The notes beneath the pieces were generated by a model. The model searched no databases. It was given only the letters and a program-made list of their open reading frames with translations, and had not been told where the DNA came from. Shown here piece after piece: positions 29,166-40,900 of a stretch of DNA of 64,000 nt; the first letter of the stretch is position 1; every line of letters begins with the position of its first letter. The translations under genes and the position numbers were made by a program. Source of the stretch: an uncultured Spirochaetota bacterium (GTDB taxonomy: Bacteria > Spirochaetota > Spirochaetia > SZUA-6 > Fen-1364); assembly GCA_963734545.1 (NCBI GenBank), contig CAVTHO010000004.1:288001-352000 (forward strand), in the 5' to 3' direction.

Positions 29166-31016
29166 ATGCGCAGTGCAGGCAACACGCCCGTGCGTAACTC
29201 CGTGCGCGGTCCGGTCAGAACGAAGAATCCGCGCAGCGTCACTGTGACGATGGCCCTCGCTTTCTTCACGTTGAGCGCCATCGCCCTTCTCATCTCAGGG
29301 ACATTGCAGGTCATCTGGAGCGTGCGTGCCCAGGAAGATATCGTGCTCAGAGGGCAGCAGCTCATTGCCCAGGACGCGGCGAAGACCGTGAGCGCGTTTG
29401 TCGAGGAGAAGCTGGGGGCCATGGAGACGAGCGTGCGCGTGGCCGACGTCGCCGCGGCGGATCCGGCCTCTCGAACTCTGCTCGTGGAGAGTCTCCTCGG
29501 CATGCAGCCTTCCTTCCGGCAGCTCGTGCTCCTGGACCTGGAAGGCAGGATCCTCGCGTGGACGTCCCGGCTCTCGCAGCAGGCATCGCGCAATTTTCAG
29601 GGCCGGGTGGCGCGAGAAGGGTTCACGTTGCTGCACAAGGGAAGCCCTTACTACAGCCCCGTGTACGTTGACCCCGTCTCCAGCGAGCCGCTCATGACAC
29701 TGGCGGTTTCCGTGAGGGATCCGTTCGGCGATCTGCGCGGGCTGCTCGTGGCGGAGATGAATCTCAAGTTCATGTGGGACATCGTCAACAGCCTGAATCT
29801 GGGCCCCACCGGGCAGGCCTACGTGGTCGACCACGAGGGAATGCTCATCGCGTTCAACGACATGGCGCGCGTTCTCAACGGGGAGAATCTACGCGGGCTC
29901 GAGCCCGTCAGCGCGTTCGTCTCTGCGCAGCCCCCTGTACAGCTGCCCGGCGCGCAGCTGTACAGGGGCATTACCGGCACCCGTGTCATCGGCACCTATG
30001 TTCCGCTGGTCACTCCGGACTGGGCGGTGGTGACAGAAATTTCCGCCGCGCACGCGTTTCATGACGTCTTTGTCGCGTCTGCACTGTCGGCAGGGCTCAC
30101 GCTTTTCCTCGCCCTTGCGTCCGGCCTGGTCGGCATGTCCCTGGCACGTCACCTGACCGTTCCGATTACGAGGCTCGCGGACACCGCCACACGGATCGCG
30201 GCCGGTGATATCACGCAGGAGGCGACAGTCTCGGGCCCGAAAGAGATTGCCGCTCTGGCGGCCGCGTTCAACAGCATGACCAAGCAGCTCCGCCAGACCT
30301 TTGAAAACCTCGAATTGCGCGTCAGGAAGCGCACCGCCCAGCTCGAGGCCTCCAACAACGAGCTGGAAGCATTCTCCTATTCCGTCTCTCATGACCTTCG
30401 CGCGCCCCTGCGCGCCATCGGCGGCTACTCGAGAATCATGGTGGAGCAGTACGGGAAGACAATGCCCGAGGAGGCGGCCCGCTACCTGGGCCACATCGCC
30501 GAGAATACCCGTCACATGGGCATGCTGATAGATGGCCTGCTCGATCTCTCCCGGTCGGGACGCATGCCAATGAGACGGGAGACGGTCCCCTCGGCCGGCC
30601 TCGTGGCCGAGGTCGTGGAAAGGCTCGGCCCGGAACGCACCGGCCGGAACGTGCAGGTGTCCGTGGGTGAGCTCCCGGATTGCCAGGGCGACCCGACCCT
30701 GCTGCGGCAGGTGTGGGAGAACCTCATTTCCAACGCCCTGAAATTCTCCCGCTGGCGCACGGAGGCGATCATCCACATCGGGTGGGAGCGGCAGGACGGA
30801 GAGGGTGTATACTTTGTTCGGGACAATGGCGTGGGCTTCGATATGAAGTACGCGGGCAGGCTGTTCGGCGTGTTCCAGCGCCTGCACAGCCCTGAGCAAT
30901 TCGAGGGAACGGGTGTCGGGCTGGCAATCGTGCAGCAGATCATCCGCCGGCACGGAGGCCGGATCTGGGCGGAGGCGGCCGTCGATGCCGGCGCCGCTTT
31001 TTACTTTACGCTGTGA
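29166..31016 (+). CDS. Cache-HAMP sensor histidine kinase (start uncertain, alternative 29249)
   Basis: TM-Cache (YYSPVY, AYVVDHEG.LIA, WAVV)-TM-HAMP; FSYSVSHDLRAPL; G boxes. Confidence 0.9.
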   Translation: MRSAGNTPVRNSVRGPVRTKNPRSVTVTMALAFFTLSAIALLISGTLQVIWSVRAQEDIVLRGQQLIAQDAAKTVSAFVEEKLGAMETSVRVADVAAADPASRTLLVESLLGMQPSFRQLVLLDLEGRILAWTSRLSQQASRNFQGRVAREGFTLLHKGSPYYSPVYVDPVSSEPLMTLAVSVRDPFGDLRGLLVAEMNLKFMWDIVNSLNLGPTGQAYVVDHEGMLIAFNDMARVLNGENLRGLEPVSAFVSAQPPVQLPGAQLYRGITGTRVIGTYVPLVTPDWAVVTEISAAHAFHDVFVASALSAGLTLFLALASGLVGMSLARHLTVPITRLADTATRIAAGDITQEATVSGPKEIAALAAAFNSMTKQLRQTFENLELRVRKRTAQLEASNNELEAFSYSVSHDLRAPLRAIGGYSRIMVEQYGKTMPEEAARYLGHIAENTRHMGMLIDGLLDLSRSGRMPMRRETVPSAGLVAEVVERLGPERTGRNVQVSVGELPDCQGDPTLLRQVWENLISNALKFSRWRTEAIIHIGWERQDGEGVYFVRDNGVGFDMKYAGRLFGVFQRLHSPEQFEGTGVGLAIVQQIIRRHGGRIWAEAAVDAGAAFYFTL

Positions 31017-31036
31017 GCGACACGGAGGAACCGACA

Positions 31037-31513
31037 ATGTCACCAAGCACCGCGGAAATCGTCCTGGTGGAAGACAATGCCCACGACGCCGAGCTCACGC
31101 TCTACACTCTCTCGAAGCGCAATTTCGCGCAGAATGTCGAGGTCCTCCGCGACGGTGCCGAGGCCCTGGATTACTTCTTCTGCACCGGCCGTTTCGCCGC
31201 CCGCAGGCTCCAGGAGCTGCCCCGGCTCGTGCTTCTCGATCTGAAGCTGCCCAAGGTGGACGGCATCGAGGTGCTGCGCCGCGTCAAGGCGGACCGGCGG
31301 CTGTGCGCCACGCCGGTGGTCATGCTCACGTCCTCCCGTGAAGAGCGCGACGTGGCAGAGAGCTACCGCCTGGGTGCGAACAGCTACGTCGTCAAACCCG
31401 TCGATTTCGACCAGTTCGCGGGGGCGCTGCAGGCAATCGGCGCCTACTGGCTGGAGCTGAACGAGCGGGCCAGGCTGGAGGGTGACACCGAATCGGAAGA
31501 AGTCCAGCGATGA
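31037..31513 (+). CDS. Single-domain response regulator (Rcp1-like)
   Basis: LVEDN..D, LLDLKLPKVDG, VMLTSS, GANSYVVKP. Confidence 0.92.
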   Translation: MSPSTAEIVLVEDNAHDAELTLYTLSKRNFAQNVEVLRDGAEALDYFFCTGRFAARRLQELPRLVLLDLKLPKVDGIEVLRRVKADRRLCATPVVMLTSSREERDVAESYRLGANSYVVKPVDFDQFAGALQAIGAYWLELNERARLEGDTESEEVQR

Positions 31514-33543
31514 GCGGCCCCGCGGAGCTGCCGACGTCCCCGCCGCTTCCCCTGCGCACGCTGATACTGGAGGACCGGGTCGCGGACGTCGATCTCATGC
31601 TGTACGAGCTGCGCCGCGCGGGTTTCGATCCCCGGCCCCGTCACGTCGACAACGAGAAAGACTACCGCGCCTGCCTCTCGGAGCCGTTCGACGTGATCCT
31701 CGCGGATTACACCCTGCCGCAGTTCAATGCCCTGGAAGCGCTGCACATCCTCCAGGAACGGCAGCTGATCATCCCGTTCATCGTGGTGACCGGGAGCGTC
31801 TCCGAGGAGGCGGCGGTGGCCTGCATGAAGAGCGGGGCAACCGACTACCTGCTGAAGGACCGCATGGCGCGTCTGGGCCCCGCGATCCGCCAGGCGCTCC
31901 AATCCCAGGGCATGCGCGAGGCGAAGCTGAACGCGGAGGAACAGATGCGGCGCCGCAACAGGGAGCTCTCCCTGCTCAACCGGATCATCGCCGCATCGAC
32001 GAGGACGGACAACGAGCGGGAGTTTCTTCAGGTTGCCTGCACGGAAACGGCGAACGCGCTGGGCGCGTTTCTCACCGCTGCCGTCATGTGGGTCGACGGG
32101 AGCAGGGAGCTCGCGATCGTCGCGGAGCACAGCGGGGTACCCGGTCTCAGCCTGCGGGAAATGGCCCTGCCCCCGACGTGGCACGCCATGGGCGCAATGC
32201 TGAAAGATCTTCGCGTCCCGCTGGTCCTGAACGATCTCACCGACTCCCACCCCATGACCGCACCGCACGCCTCGTTCCTGGACCGCCGGATCGCCTCGAT
32301 GGCCATGGTCCCGCTGATCATGGACGGCGAAACCGCAGGAGGGCTCGGGCTCTTCTCGGACAAGGCGGGACATTTCTCCGAAGAGAGGGATGCGCTTCTG
32401 CGGAGCGTCGCGGACGAGCTGTCCAACGCGCTCGCGCGCATGCGGCTGGAGGGGGACCTTCTGCGTCTCGGCACCGCCATCGAGCAGATCTCGGATGCCG
32501 TCATGATCCTGAGCCCAGAGGGCATCATCCGCTACATCAATACGGGCTTCGAGCGGGTGCTCGGCCACACGAGGGCGGAGCTCATCGGCAATTCGTCCGC
32601 GGTGCTCATCGCGGACAAGCCCGACCCGCACGCGGTGCGTGAAGTGACGGAATGCATCCGGGCGGGCCGTGACTGGCACGGGCGGATGTCCGCGCACAGA
32701 CGGGACGGCGCGCCCCTCACCGCGGACATCACGTTTTCCCCGATCCGTGACAAGACCGGCCGGGCGGTGAGCTTCGTCGCGATCGCACGCGACATCACCG
32801 AAGCGCTCCGGCTGGAGCAGAGGTACCTGCAGGCGCAGAAGATGGAGGCCATCGGGCGCCTCGCAGGGAATATCGCCCATGATTTCACCAATCTCCTGAC
32901 GAGCGTCCTGGGATTCGCGGAGCTGCTCGCGGAGAGCTTCCCGCGTGAAACCCCGGCCGGGGACCAGGTGCACCAGATCCAGATAGCGGCAGAGAGGGCG
33001 GTGACCCTGACACGGCAGCTCCTCGTGTTCGGCCGGCAGCAGGTCCTCGCGCCGCGCGTGGTGGATCTCAACGGACTCGTGACGGAAACAGCGGCCCTGC
33101 TGCGGCCCCTTGTGGGGGACAATGTCGAGCTGGCGATGGCGCTCGATTCCTCGCTCCATCGCGTCACGGCGGACCCCGGACAGATCGGGCAGGTCATCAT
33201 GAATCTCGCCCTCAATGCGCGGGACGCAATGGATTCCCGCGGCCGGATACTCCTCTCCACGGAAAACGTCGAGCTGAGCGACGCACAGGCGCGCGCGCTC
33301 CCCGGCGGCAGGCCCGGCTCCTACGTTGCGCTGCGGATCTCCGACAACGGATCCGGGATCAGTCCGGACGTTCTCCCCCACATCTTCGAGCCGTTTTTCA
33401 CGACCAAGAGCGAGACAAAGGGCACGGGTCTGGGGCTGGCAATCGTCTTCGGGATCGTCAAGCAGAGCGGGGGTCACATCCAGATTTCCAGCGAGCTCAG
33501 GAAGGGGACCACCTTCGAGATCCTGCTTCCCGCGACGCTCTGA
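31510..33543 (+). CDS. Hybrid kinase REC-GAF-PAS-HisKA-HATPase
   Basis: ILED, LADY.LP, GATDYLLK; QAQKMEAIGRLAGNIAHDFTNLL; FEPFFTTK; GTGLGL. Confidence 0.9.
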   Translation: MSGPAELPTSPPLPLRTLILEDRVADVDLMLYELRRAGFDPRPRHVDNEKDYRACLSEPFDVILADYTLPQFNALEALHILQERQLIIPFIVVTGSVSEEAAVACMKSGATDYLLKDRMARLGPAIRQALQSQGMREAKLNAEEQMRRRNRELSLLNRIIAASTRTDNEREFLQVACTETANALGAFLTAAVMWVDGSRELAIVAEHSGVPGLSLREMALPPTWHAMGAMLKDLRVPLVLNDLTDSHPMTAPHASFLDRRIASMAMVPLIMDGETAGGLGLFSDKAGHFSEERDALLRSVADELSNALARMRLEGDLLRLGTAIEQISDAVMILSPEGIIRYINTGFERVLGHTRAELIGNSSAVLIADKPDPHAVREVTECIRAGRDWHGRMSAHRRDGAPLTADITFSPIRDKTGRAVSFVAIARDITEALRLEQRYLQAQKMEAIGRLAGNIAHDFTNLLTSVLGFAELLAESFPRETPAGDQVHQIQIAAERAVTLTRQLLVFGRQQVLAPRVVDLNGLVTETAALLRPLVGDNVELAMALDSSLHRVTADPGQIGQVIMNLALNARDAMDSRGRILLSTENVELSDAQARALPGGRPGSYVALRISDNGSGISPDVLPHIFEPFFTTKSETKGTGLGLAIVFGIVKQSGGHIQISSELRKGTTFEILLPATL

Positions 33544-33547
33544 GCGT

Positions 33548-34039
33548 ATGTTTCAGAGTACGTTCTCCGGCAATCGACTGGAAGACTACCCGCTCCTGGT
33601 CAACCAGGCCACGGAGCTCTGGGACCCCACCCTCCCCCTCGCTTCCAACCTGGCCAACATCTCAGCGCTTCTGAAGCTGTGCCTGGATCGCACCAACTGG
33701 GTCGGGTTCTACCTCTGGGAGGAGAAGGCGGCGGAGCTCGTGCTGGGACCGTTCCAGGGGCTTCCCGCCTGCACCAGGATTGCGCTCGGCAAAGGCGTGT
33801 GCGGAACCGCGATACGCACGCGCAGGACGCAGCTCGTCCCTGACGTTCACGAGTTTCCCGGCCACATTGCCTGTGACGGCGCCAGCCGGTCGGAGATCGT
33901 CGTGCCCATCATCAGGCACGGTGAGGCCCTGGGAGTCCTCGATGTGGACAGCCCCGAGAAGGCGCGCTTCGACGAAACAGATCAGGCGTGGCTGGAGCGT
34001 ATCGTGGAAGCGCTCGTTCCCCTCTGGCCCGCCGTCTGA
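33548..34039 (+). CDS. msrC: Free methionine-R-sulfoxide reductase (GAF domain)
   Basis: NWVGFY, LGPFQG.PAC.RI..GKGVCG, FPGHIACD.ASRSEIV, LDVDS. Confidence 0.9.
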   Translation: MFQSTFSGNRLEDYPLLVNQATELWDPTLPLASNLANISALLKLCLDRTNWVGFYLWEEKAAELVLGPFQGLPACTRIALGKGVCGTAIRTRRTQLVPDVHEFPGHIACDGASRSEIVVPIIRHGEALGVLDVDSPEKARFDETDQAWLERIVEALVPLWPAV

Positions 34040-34233
34040 CTCAGTCTGAGCTCTTTATGACACGTGCCGCGGTCTCGAGCAACTCACCGCTCAGATCTTC
34101 TTTTCCGCTGCGGCATCCTGGGTGGTCCCGCGGGCGGGCGTGAAGTCTATTGAGCGTACATGCTATAAGATACTGATGAGCATTGAGGCGAAGATCTTGT
34201 GAGCCGTCAAAGCATCCGCCGAAGGAGCACCTC

Positions 34234-36683
34234 ATGAAAACAATCGATCTCGCGGGTGATTGGCGGCTCATCCGGGCCGCCACGGACGAGGCTATTCCCG
34301 CCCGGGTCCCCGGGGATACCTACTCTGCCCTCCTGGCCGCCGGCCGGATCCCGGACCCCTACCGGGGAATGAACGAGCTGCAGGTGCAATGGGTCGGCGG
34401 AGAAGACTGGATCTACGAGCGCACCTTCGAGGTGGAGGACTCCATTCTCAAAGAGGAGAAGAAGCTCATCTCCTGTGATTCCCTCGACACGTGCGCGGAT
34501 GTCTTTCTGAACGGGAAAAAGATCGGCAGTGCAGACAACATGTTCGAACGCTGGCGCTTCGACGCGGCATCCGCATTGCGGCCGGGTACCAACACGATCC
34601 GCATCCGTTTCGCGTCCCCTGAAAAGGCCGCGCTCGCGGAATCGCGCTCCCTCCCCTACCCCGTCCCTCACCAGTATTACCCGGTGCAGTCGCCGCACCG
34701 CAATCTCATCCGCAAGGCCCAGTGCCACGCGGGCTGGGACTGGGGCCCCTGCCTCATGGTGGCCGGCATCTACGGGAATATCGAGCTGTGCGCGTACTCC
34801 GACGTGCGCATTGACTACGTGCTCACCGAGCAGAAGCATTCCAGGGGCAGGTGCGTGGTGCGGGTGGAGACCGAGTGCGAAGCCGCGCACGACGGGGAGT
34901 ACGAGCTTGCCGTGACACTCGGCGAGCTCTCGTCATCACGGAAGGTGCGGCTTCTGCGGGGACCCAACCGTCCCCACGTGGACATCACGGTCGACAATCC
35001 CCGGCTGTGGTGGCCCAACGGGTACGGTGAGCAGCCGCTGTACCCCCTCAGCGTGAGGCTGGGAACGCACGAGGTCAGGAAGAGTATCGGTCTGCGCAAG
35101 CTCGCTCTCGTGAACCGAAAAGACAGGACCGGGCTGTCGATGACCTTCCGGGTGAACGACGTGGACGTCTTCTGCAAGGGTGCGAACTGGATCCCCATGG
35201 ACGCTCTGCCGCAGCGCTGAGACCGCGGAGCGGCTGGAGCACCTCCTTTCCAGCGCGGCCCGGGCGCACATGAACATGCTTCGCGTCTGGGGGGGCGGGC
35301 AGTACGAGAGCGAAGAGTTCTACTCCCTCTGCGACGAAAAGGGCATCCTCGTCTGGCAGGACATGATGTTCGCCTGCTCGCTGTATCCCGGCCACGCCGG
35401 CGTTCCTCGCGCGCGTGGAGCGGGAGATCCGCCACCAGGTGAAGCGGCTGCGGGACCACGCCTGCATCGCCCTGTGGTGCGGGAACAACGAGGACGTGGG
35501 GGCCCTCACGTGGTATCCCGAGTCGCGCAAGAACCGGGACCGCTACCTGGTGGACTACGACCGGCTGAACGAGGGTGTCATCGGGCGCATCGTGGACGAG
35601 TGCGACCCCACGAGGACTTTCTGGCCCAGCTCTCCGTCCGCCGGGCGCGGGGACTACTCCGACAACTGGCACGACGACAGCCGCGGAGACATGCACTACT
35701 GGAGCGTCTGGCACGAGGGCAAGCCCTTCAGCGCCTACTACTCGGTCAAGCCGCGGTTCTGCTCGGAGTTCGGCTATCAATCCTTCCCTTCCCTGTCCAC
35801 GATCCGCACCTACGCGGCGGAGGAAGACCTCAATGTCACCTCGCCGGTCATGGAGCATCACCAGCGCCACCAGGGCGGCAACTCCATCATCAATGAGATG
35901 TTCGCCCGGTATTTCCGGATCCCGGAAGGGTTCGAGAACTTCGTCTACCTCAGCCAGGTCCAGCAGGCCCTGGCGATACGGACGGCGGTGGAGTACTGGA
36001 GACATCTGCGGCCCCACTGCATGGGCACCCTCTACTGGCAGTTGAACGACAACTGGCCCGTCTGCTCGTGGTCATCCGTAGAGTACGACGGCTCATGGAA
36101 GCTGCTGCACCATGCCGCAAGACGGTTTTTCGCGCCCACCCTTCTTGCCGCGCAGATCAACGGAGAGCGAGTCGAGGTGTGGCTCACGAATGATCGGCGC
36201 GAGGAGGTGCGGCACCAGGCAAAGGTCTCTCTGCTCGACTTCCAGGGAAAGGTCCTGATGGAAGAGGCGCTCGCTGCCCGCGCCCCTGCCGGGAGCGCGA
36301 AGCTCCTGAAGAGCTATGCGCTCTCCGAGCTGGCGCCGCGCCCGGAGGAGGCCTTCCTCTACGTGACGCTCGCCGCGGACGGGGAAACGACCGGGGACGA
36401 GCTCTTCCTCACCGAACCCAAGCGGTGCAGGCTCGCGAAGGCAGCAATCAAAACGGAGATCCGCGCGGCGGAGAAGGGATACACGGTGCGGCTCACTTCC
36501 AACGCGCCGGCATTCCACGTTTCCCTGAGCGCGGACGGTATTCCCGGGGAATTCGACGACAACTTCTTTACCCTGCTCCCCGGATCCCCGCGCTCCGTGC
36601 TGTTCACTCCGAGAAAACCGGTGCAGCGCGAGAGGGTCATGCAGGACCTTGCCGTCAGGCATCTGCGGGATACGTATCGGTAA
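34234..36683 (+). CDS. Beta-mannosidase (GH2); apparent frameshifts near 35217 and 35388
   Basis: [63 protein letters not shown]. Confidence 0.9.
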
Positions 36684-36886
36684 CGGAACGGCCCGAGATG
36701 GCCGAGGCGTCCATCTCGCCGCCCGCCTGACATTGAAATCCGCGCGAACCAGGGGTACATTTCGCGGCTCCGCGACACTGGTGTACGTAAATCCAATCCA
36801 GGCCCGGCCTCCTCGCCGTATGAAACATCGCACGACGCGAAAAAGAAAAGAAGCGTCGGCAGGGTGTTCAACGAGGAGGCAAGAGT

Positions 36887-37804
36887 ATGAAAAGGTTTCA
36901 TGGATCGTTGGGATTGGTGCTGGTGGTCCTGGTCGCGTTCCTGCTCTCCTGCGCGCAGGGCAATCCCCCCGGGGTGAACGGCTTCAGCAAAGGCGTCATC
37001 ACGGCCAAGGGAAGCATCTTCGTGAACGGCGTGGAGTTCGATCTCTCCGGGGCTTCGATCATGATCAATGGCACACCGGGAACAGAGGCGGACCTCCGGG
37101 TCGGGATGCAGGTCGAGGTGAAGGGCAAGATCGATGACGCATCGTCGACGGGCAGTGCGGCGGAAGTGCATTTTGACGGCAGCCTCAAGGGTCCGATCGA
37201 CGCCCCGATTGTCGCTCCGAATCTCATCGTCCTCGGGCAGACCGTGATCACGGATTCCAACACGGTATTCGAATCGCTCCCGCTGGGGCTCGGCGACCTG
37301 GCCCAGGGCGACGTCGTGGAAGTGGCCGGCATGGCAGACGACAGCGGACACATCCTGGCAACGCACATTGAAAAGACAGGGTCCCCCACGCTTGAAATCA
37401 GCGGAGTTGTCAGCGGTCCGGCGGCAGGAACCTTCGTTCTGACTCCGTTGAACGGCGGGGTCGCGCTGACCGTGAACTACACGGGCGCGCTGGACGCCGG
37501 CATCACGACAGGGACCACCGTCGAGGTGAAGTTCGTGCTGGCGAATTGGACCTCGGGAACAAAGACCATCGCGACGACTGCCGCGAGCATCGAGGCGAAG
37601 ATGGAGCTCGAGCCGGCAGACGGGGACAGGGCTGAGGTGCAGGGCTTCGTGACGGGGTTGGCTGGTGCCACGTTCACCGTGGAGGGGATCTCCGTGAACG
37701 CGGGCAGCCTCTCCCTCGCCGGAATCGCCAATGGCACGAAAGTCGAAGCGGAGGGTTCCTTCACGAGCGGCGTTCTCTACGCAGAGAAAATCCAGATAAA
37801 ATAG
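36887..37804 (+). CDS. DUF5666-type repeat lipoprotein
   Basis: Lipobox LLSC; GSIFVNGVEF, repeated L.VG..VEV.G motifs, final G..VEAEG....GVL.A.KI. Confidence 0.75.
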   Translation: MKRFHGSLGLVLVVLVAFLLSCAQGNPPGVNGFSKGVITAKGSIFVNGVEFDLSGASIMINGTPGTEADLRVGMQVEVKGKIDDASSTGSAAEVHFDGSLKGPIDAPIVAPNLIVLGQTVITDSNTVFESLPLGLGDLAQGDVVEVAGMADDSGHILATHIEKTGSPTLEISGVVSGPAAGTFVLTPLNGGVALTVNYTGALDAGITTGTTVEVKFVLANWTSGTKTIATTAASIEAKMELEPADGDRAEVQGFVTGLAGATFTVEGISVNAGSLSLAGIANGTKVEAEGSFTSGVLYAEKIQIK

Positions 37805-37818
37805 GGGCCATCGGAAAT

Positions 37819-37848
37819 GAAAGGCACCCCGGAAACGGGGTGCCTTTC
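37819..37848. terminator. Intrinsic terminator hairpin between convergent genes
   Basis: GAAAGGCACCCCG-GAAA-CGGGGTGCCTTTC. Confidence 0.75.
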
Positions 37849-37901
37849 CGCATGCCGCCTTCCGGGGAGGCCGCCTTTCAACAGGAAAAGGAGCGCACCG
37901 T

Positions 37902-40900
37902 CTACCTGACCACGAGGACCTTGCGCATCTCGTCGAATCCCGGGCCCACGACCCTGATGAAATAGATCCCCCGGGCGACAGGCCTGCCGCCGCGGTTCTT
38001 TCCATCCCAGGCAGTGGTGTATTCACCCGGCCCCTGCTTTGCCCGGGTCAATACATTCACGATGTCTCCCGCAAGATTGAACACGGTGATCGTCACCTGG
38101 CCGGACTTCTCCAGCGAGTAGTGCACGTAGGCCGTCTGCCCCGCAGTGGGATTGATCACGTTGTTCGCAATAGTCACCCCGCCGCGCTGCTCGACAATCG
38201 AGTGGTAGCTGTACGCGAAGGGCCGGACATCGCCCGGATTGACGGGGTCTGCCGGGAATGCGCAGGGCAGGCGGTGGCCCAGGCCGTCGTCGAGTATGAA
38301 CATGAACTGCAGAAGGGTTCCGTCTCTGATCTCCGCGTCGGTTCCAGGAATGACGTAGTCACGGAGGGCCCCATTGACGGCCGCTGCCAGCCCGCCCGGC
38401 GGTCGCGCCCCGGAGTTGCCCGGGTAGTGGGCCCGATCACCGGCGCCGGGGCCGGGGGGACCCCGGGAGACAACGTGGTCGCGCCTTGCGGAATCCAGAG
38501 GTTGTTGAGATCTACCGATGCGGGCGGATTCGCGTCCCAGAACAGGGTCAACGCGGCCCCCGTAAGTGTGGTCTCTGTTATCCGCGCCTCGAGGAGAACA
38601 TCCTGCGGCAGCAGCCACTGGGTTCCATCGAAGTCGGTGACCATGCCGACCCCTCCCCGGGCAGGATCTCGCTGCACGTTCCGATTCAGCGCAAAAACCG
38701 GCGTGACAAAGCCCAGGGCCACGTCGGAGATATTGTGGGCGGGAGCGGTGAGCATGGAGCTGTTCGCGTTCGCCGGCAGGTTGCCGTCCGCGTTCGTGTA
38801 GTTGCTGATCGGCGGGGCCATGGTGGCAGGGTCCGGGTTGGCGGCAGCCCCCCAGACCAGGCCGGCGGACGCGCTGATGGTCTGCAGACCCGCCATGATA
38901 TCGTTCGGCGTCAAGGGCGTGGAAAAAGTGAGGAGAGCGGCATGGGCGCCGAAGCCGGTCATCTCCACGGGCTGCACCGTAATGGCCCCGCCTGAATAGG
39001 TGAGGCTCGTATTGTCGATCGGCGCGGTGCCGGCGCTGTTGCCGTAGACGAGCTCGGAGAAGTGCACGTATGCCCGGGTTGCGCCCAGGGCGGCGAGCGT
39101 ATAGTTGATCACCGGACGCGCCCCATCGGACGGCGCGTACACCTTGACGAAAGTAGTGCCGATGTTGTGCTCCACAAGCGCGCCTCCCACGGTGCCGATG
39201 AGAGTCGTGTTCGACAGCACCTGCCAGGCGGGAAGCGCGTGCGTGTCCTCCGCCGGTCCAGGGGGGCCTTCCTGCACAAGGATATCGAACACGTCCCTGC
39301 CGGGCGCGCCCGCGTTGCTGTAGCCGGTCACGGTATAGCCGTCGACCTGTGCCGTGAATCCCGCGAATCCTGCAGGAGTGTCATTGAGCTGTGTTCCCTG
39401 TTTGACCTGGACCCGGATCCTGTCGATCCTGCCATTGTTGTTCGTGTCCACCGTCCAGCTCGCAATGATGGGTATGACGAAGAACCAGTTGTCGTTGTAG
39501 CCATCGTTGGTGCAGTTCGGTCCAGGGGTGATGGAAGACGTGCTTGCCCAGCTGAGCTGGACGATCGCGTAATCGATCGTCGCGGTTCCCGTGAGGTCTA
39601 TAAACCATTGCTGCGACCAGTGCGGAGGAGGTGCGGCGGGAAGAGCGATCTGCGTGGGACTCGGAGGACCCGGGGGCGGAGGGTACACTCCGCCTGCGCT
39701 CAGGAGGCTGATTGCCCTTGCCGCCGTGCCGAGGACGTGGAAGTCATTGGTCACGGTCTGCGTCAGTGCCTGGGGAAATGATATCGTGATCGGATGCGTG
39801 AGCGCGTTCGTATCGGCGTAGAAGTCATGAAAGGTGCTGCTGCCGCTGATCAGGATGCCTGCATTGTCGAAGTGGACCGCGCCTGTCCCCGGGGAGAAAA
39901 TGCCTCCTGCCGAGCTGTCCCACGTGACGGTGGCCGGGCTTGAAGGCTGATCGCCCATTGTGATGGTGTGTGCCCCGCCGTCTGCAAAGGTGCCCGCGGC
40001 CAGCGTCAGGCTGCGTATGATCGTCAGGTCCAGGTTGAATGTCGTGGTCGTTCCACCGCCGGTCTTCACGAGATCATAGAATGTGCCGGCCGCCGCTGCC
40101 TGCAGTGCCCCGTTTCCGGTGAAAGTCACTGTCGTGGTGGCAAAGGTGAATGTGGCCACGTTCCAGTTGCCTCCCACGCTGATGGCCTCAGCGCCGCTGG
40201 CTGTCAGAGCGTTCCCTGTCAGGTTCCCTCCCACACTCAGATTGTGCACCCCCAGCCCCAGCGTCCCCCCTGAGATCAACAGGTTCCCCGTTGCCTCCAC
40301 CGCGCTGGCCATGCTCCCCCCGTTGTTCAACGTCAGATTGTTGAACGGGTCCACCCCTATCCCCTTGGTCGTGATGCCGGGCACCGCTCCGCTCAGCACC
40401 ACCGTCGAGCTGCCCGCCGTGAACGTGAAGCTCCCCCCCGAGGAGTTCCACCCTCCCGCTATACTGTGCGTGTACGTCGAGGCTCCCGCCACCCACGTGC
40501 CCTGCGTCATGCTCAACGCCCCGCTCACCGTCAGCCCGCCCGTGGAGCTCACCTGCGCTGCACCCGCTCCCTTGTTCAGCGTCAGATTGTTGAAGCTCAA
40601 TCCCCCAAGACTCACCGGCGTGGCCGCCCCGTTCATCACCACCGTCGAGGAGGCTGCCGTGAAGGCTGTCGGCGTGAAGCTTCCCCCTACCGTGATGGTC
40701 TCCGTACCCGTTGCCGTCAGGCTCCCCGCTCCCGTCAGGTTGCCCCCCACGCTCAGCGCATCTCCGTTGCTGCTCCACGTGCCCGCTGTCAGCGTCAGCG
40801 CCCCACCGATGTTCGCCACACCCGTGGCCCCCGCCGCCTGCTGATATGTCTTGCCTCCCGCGTTCAGCGTCACTCCGCTGAAGCTCTGCGAGTTGCTGCT

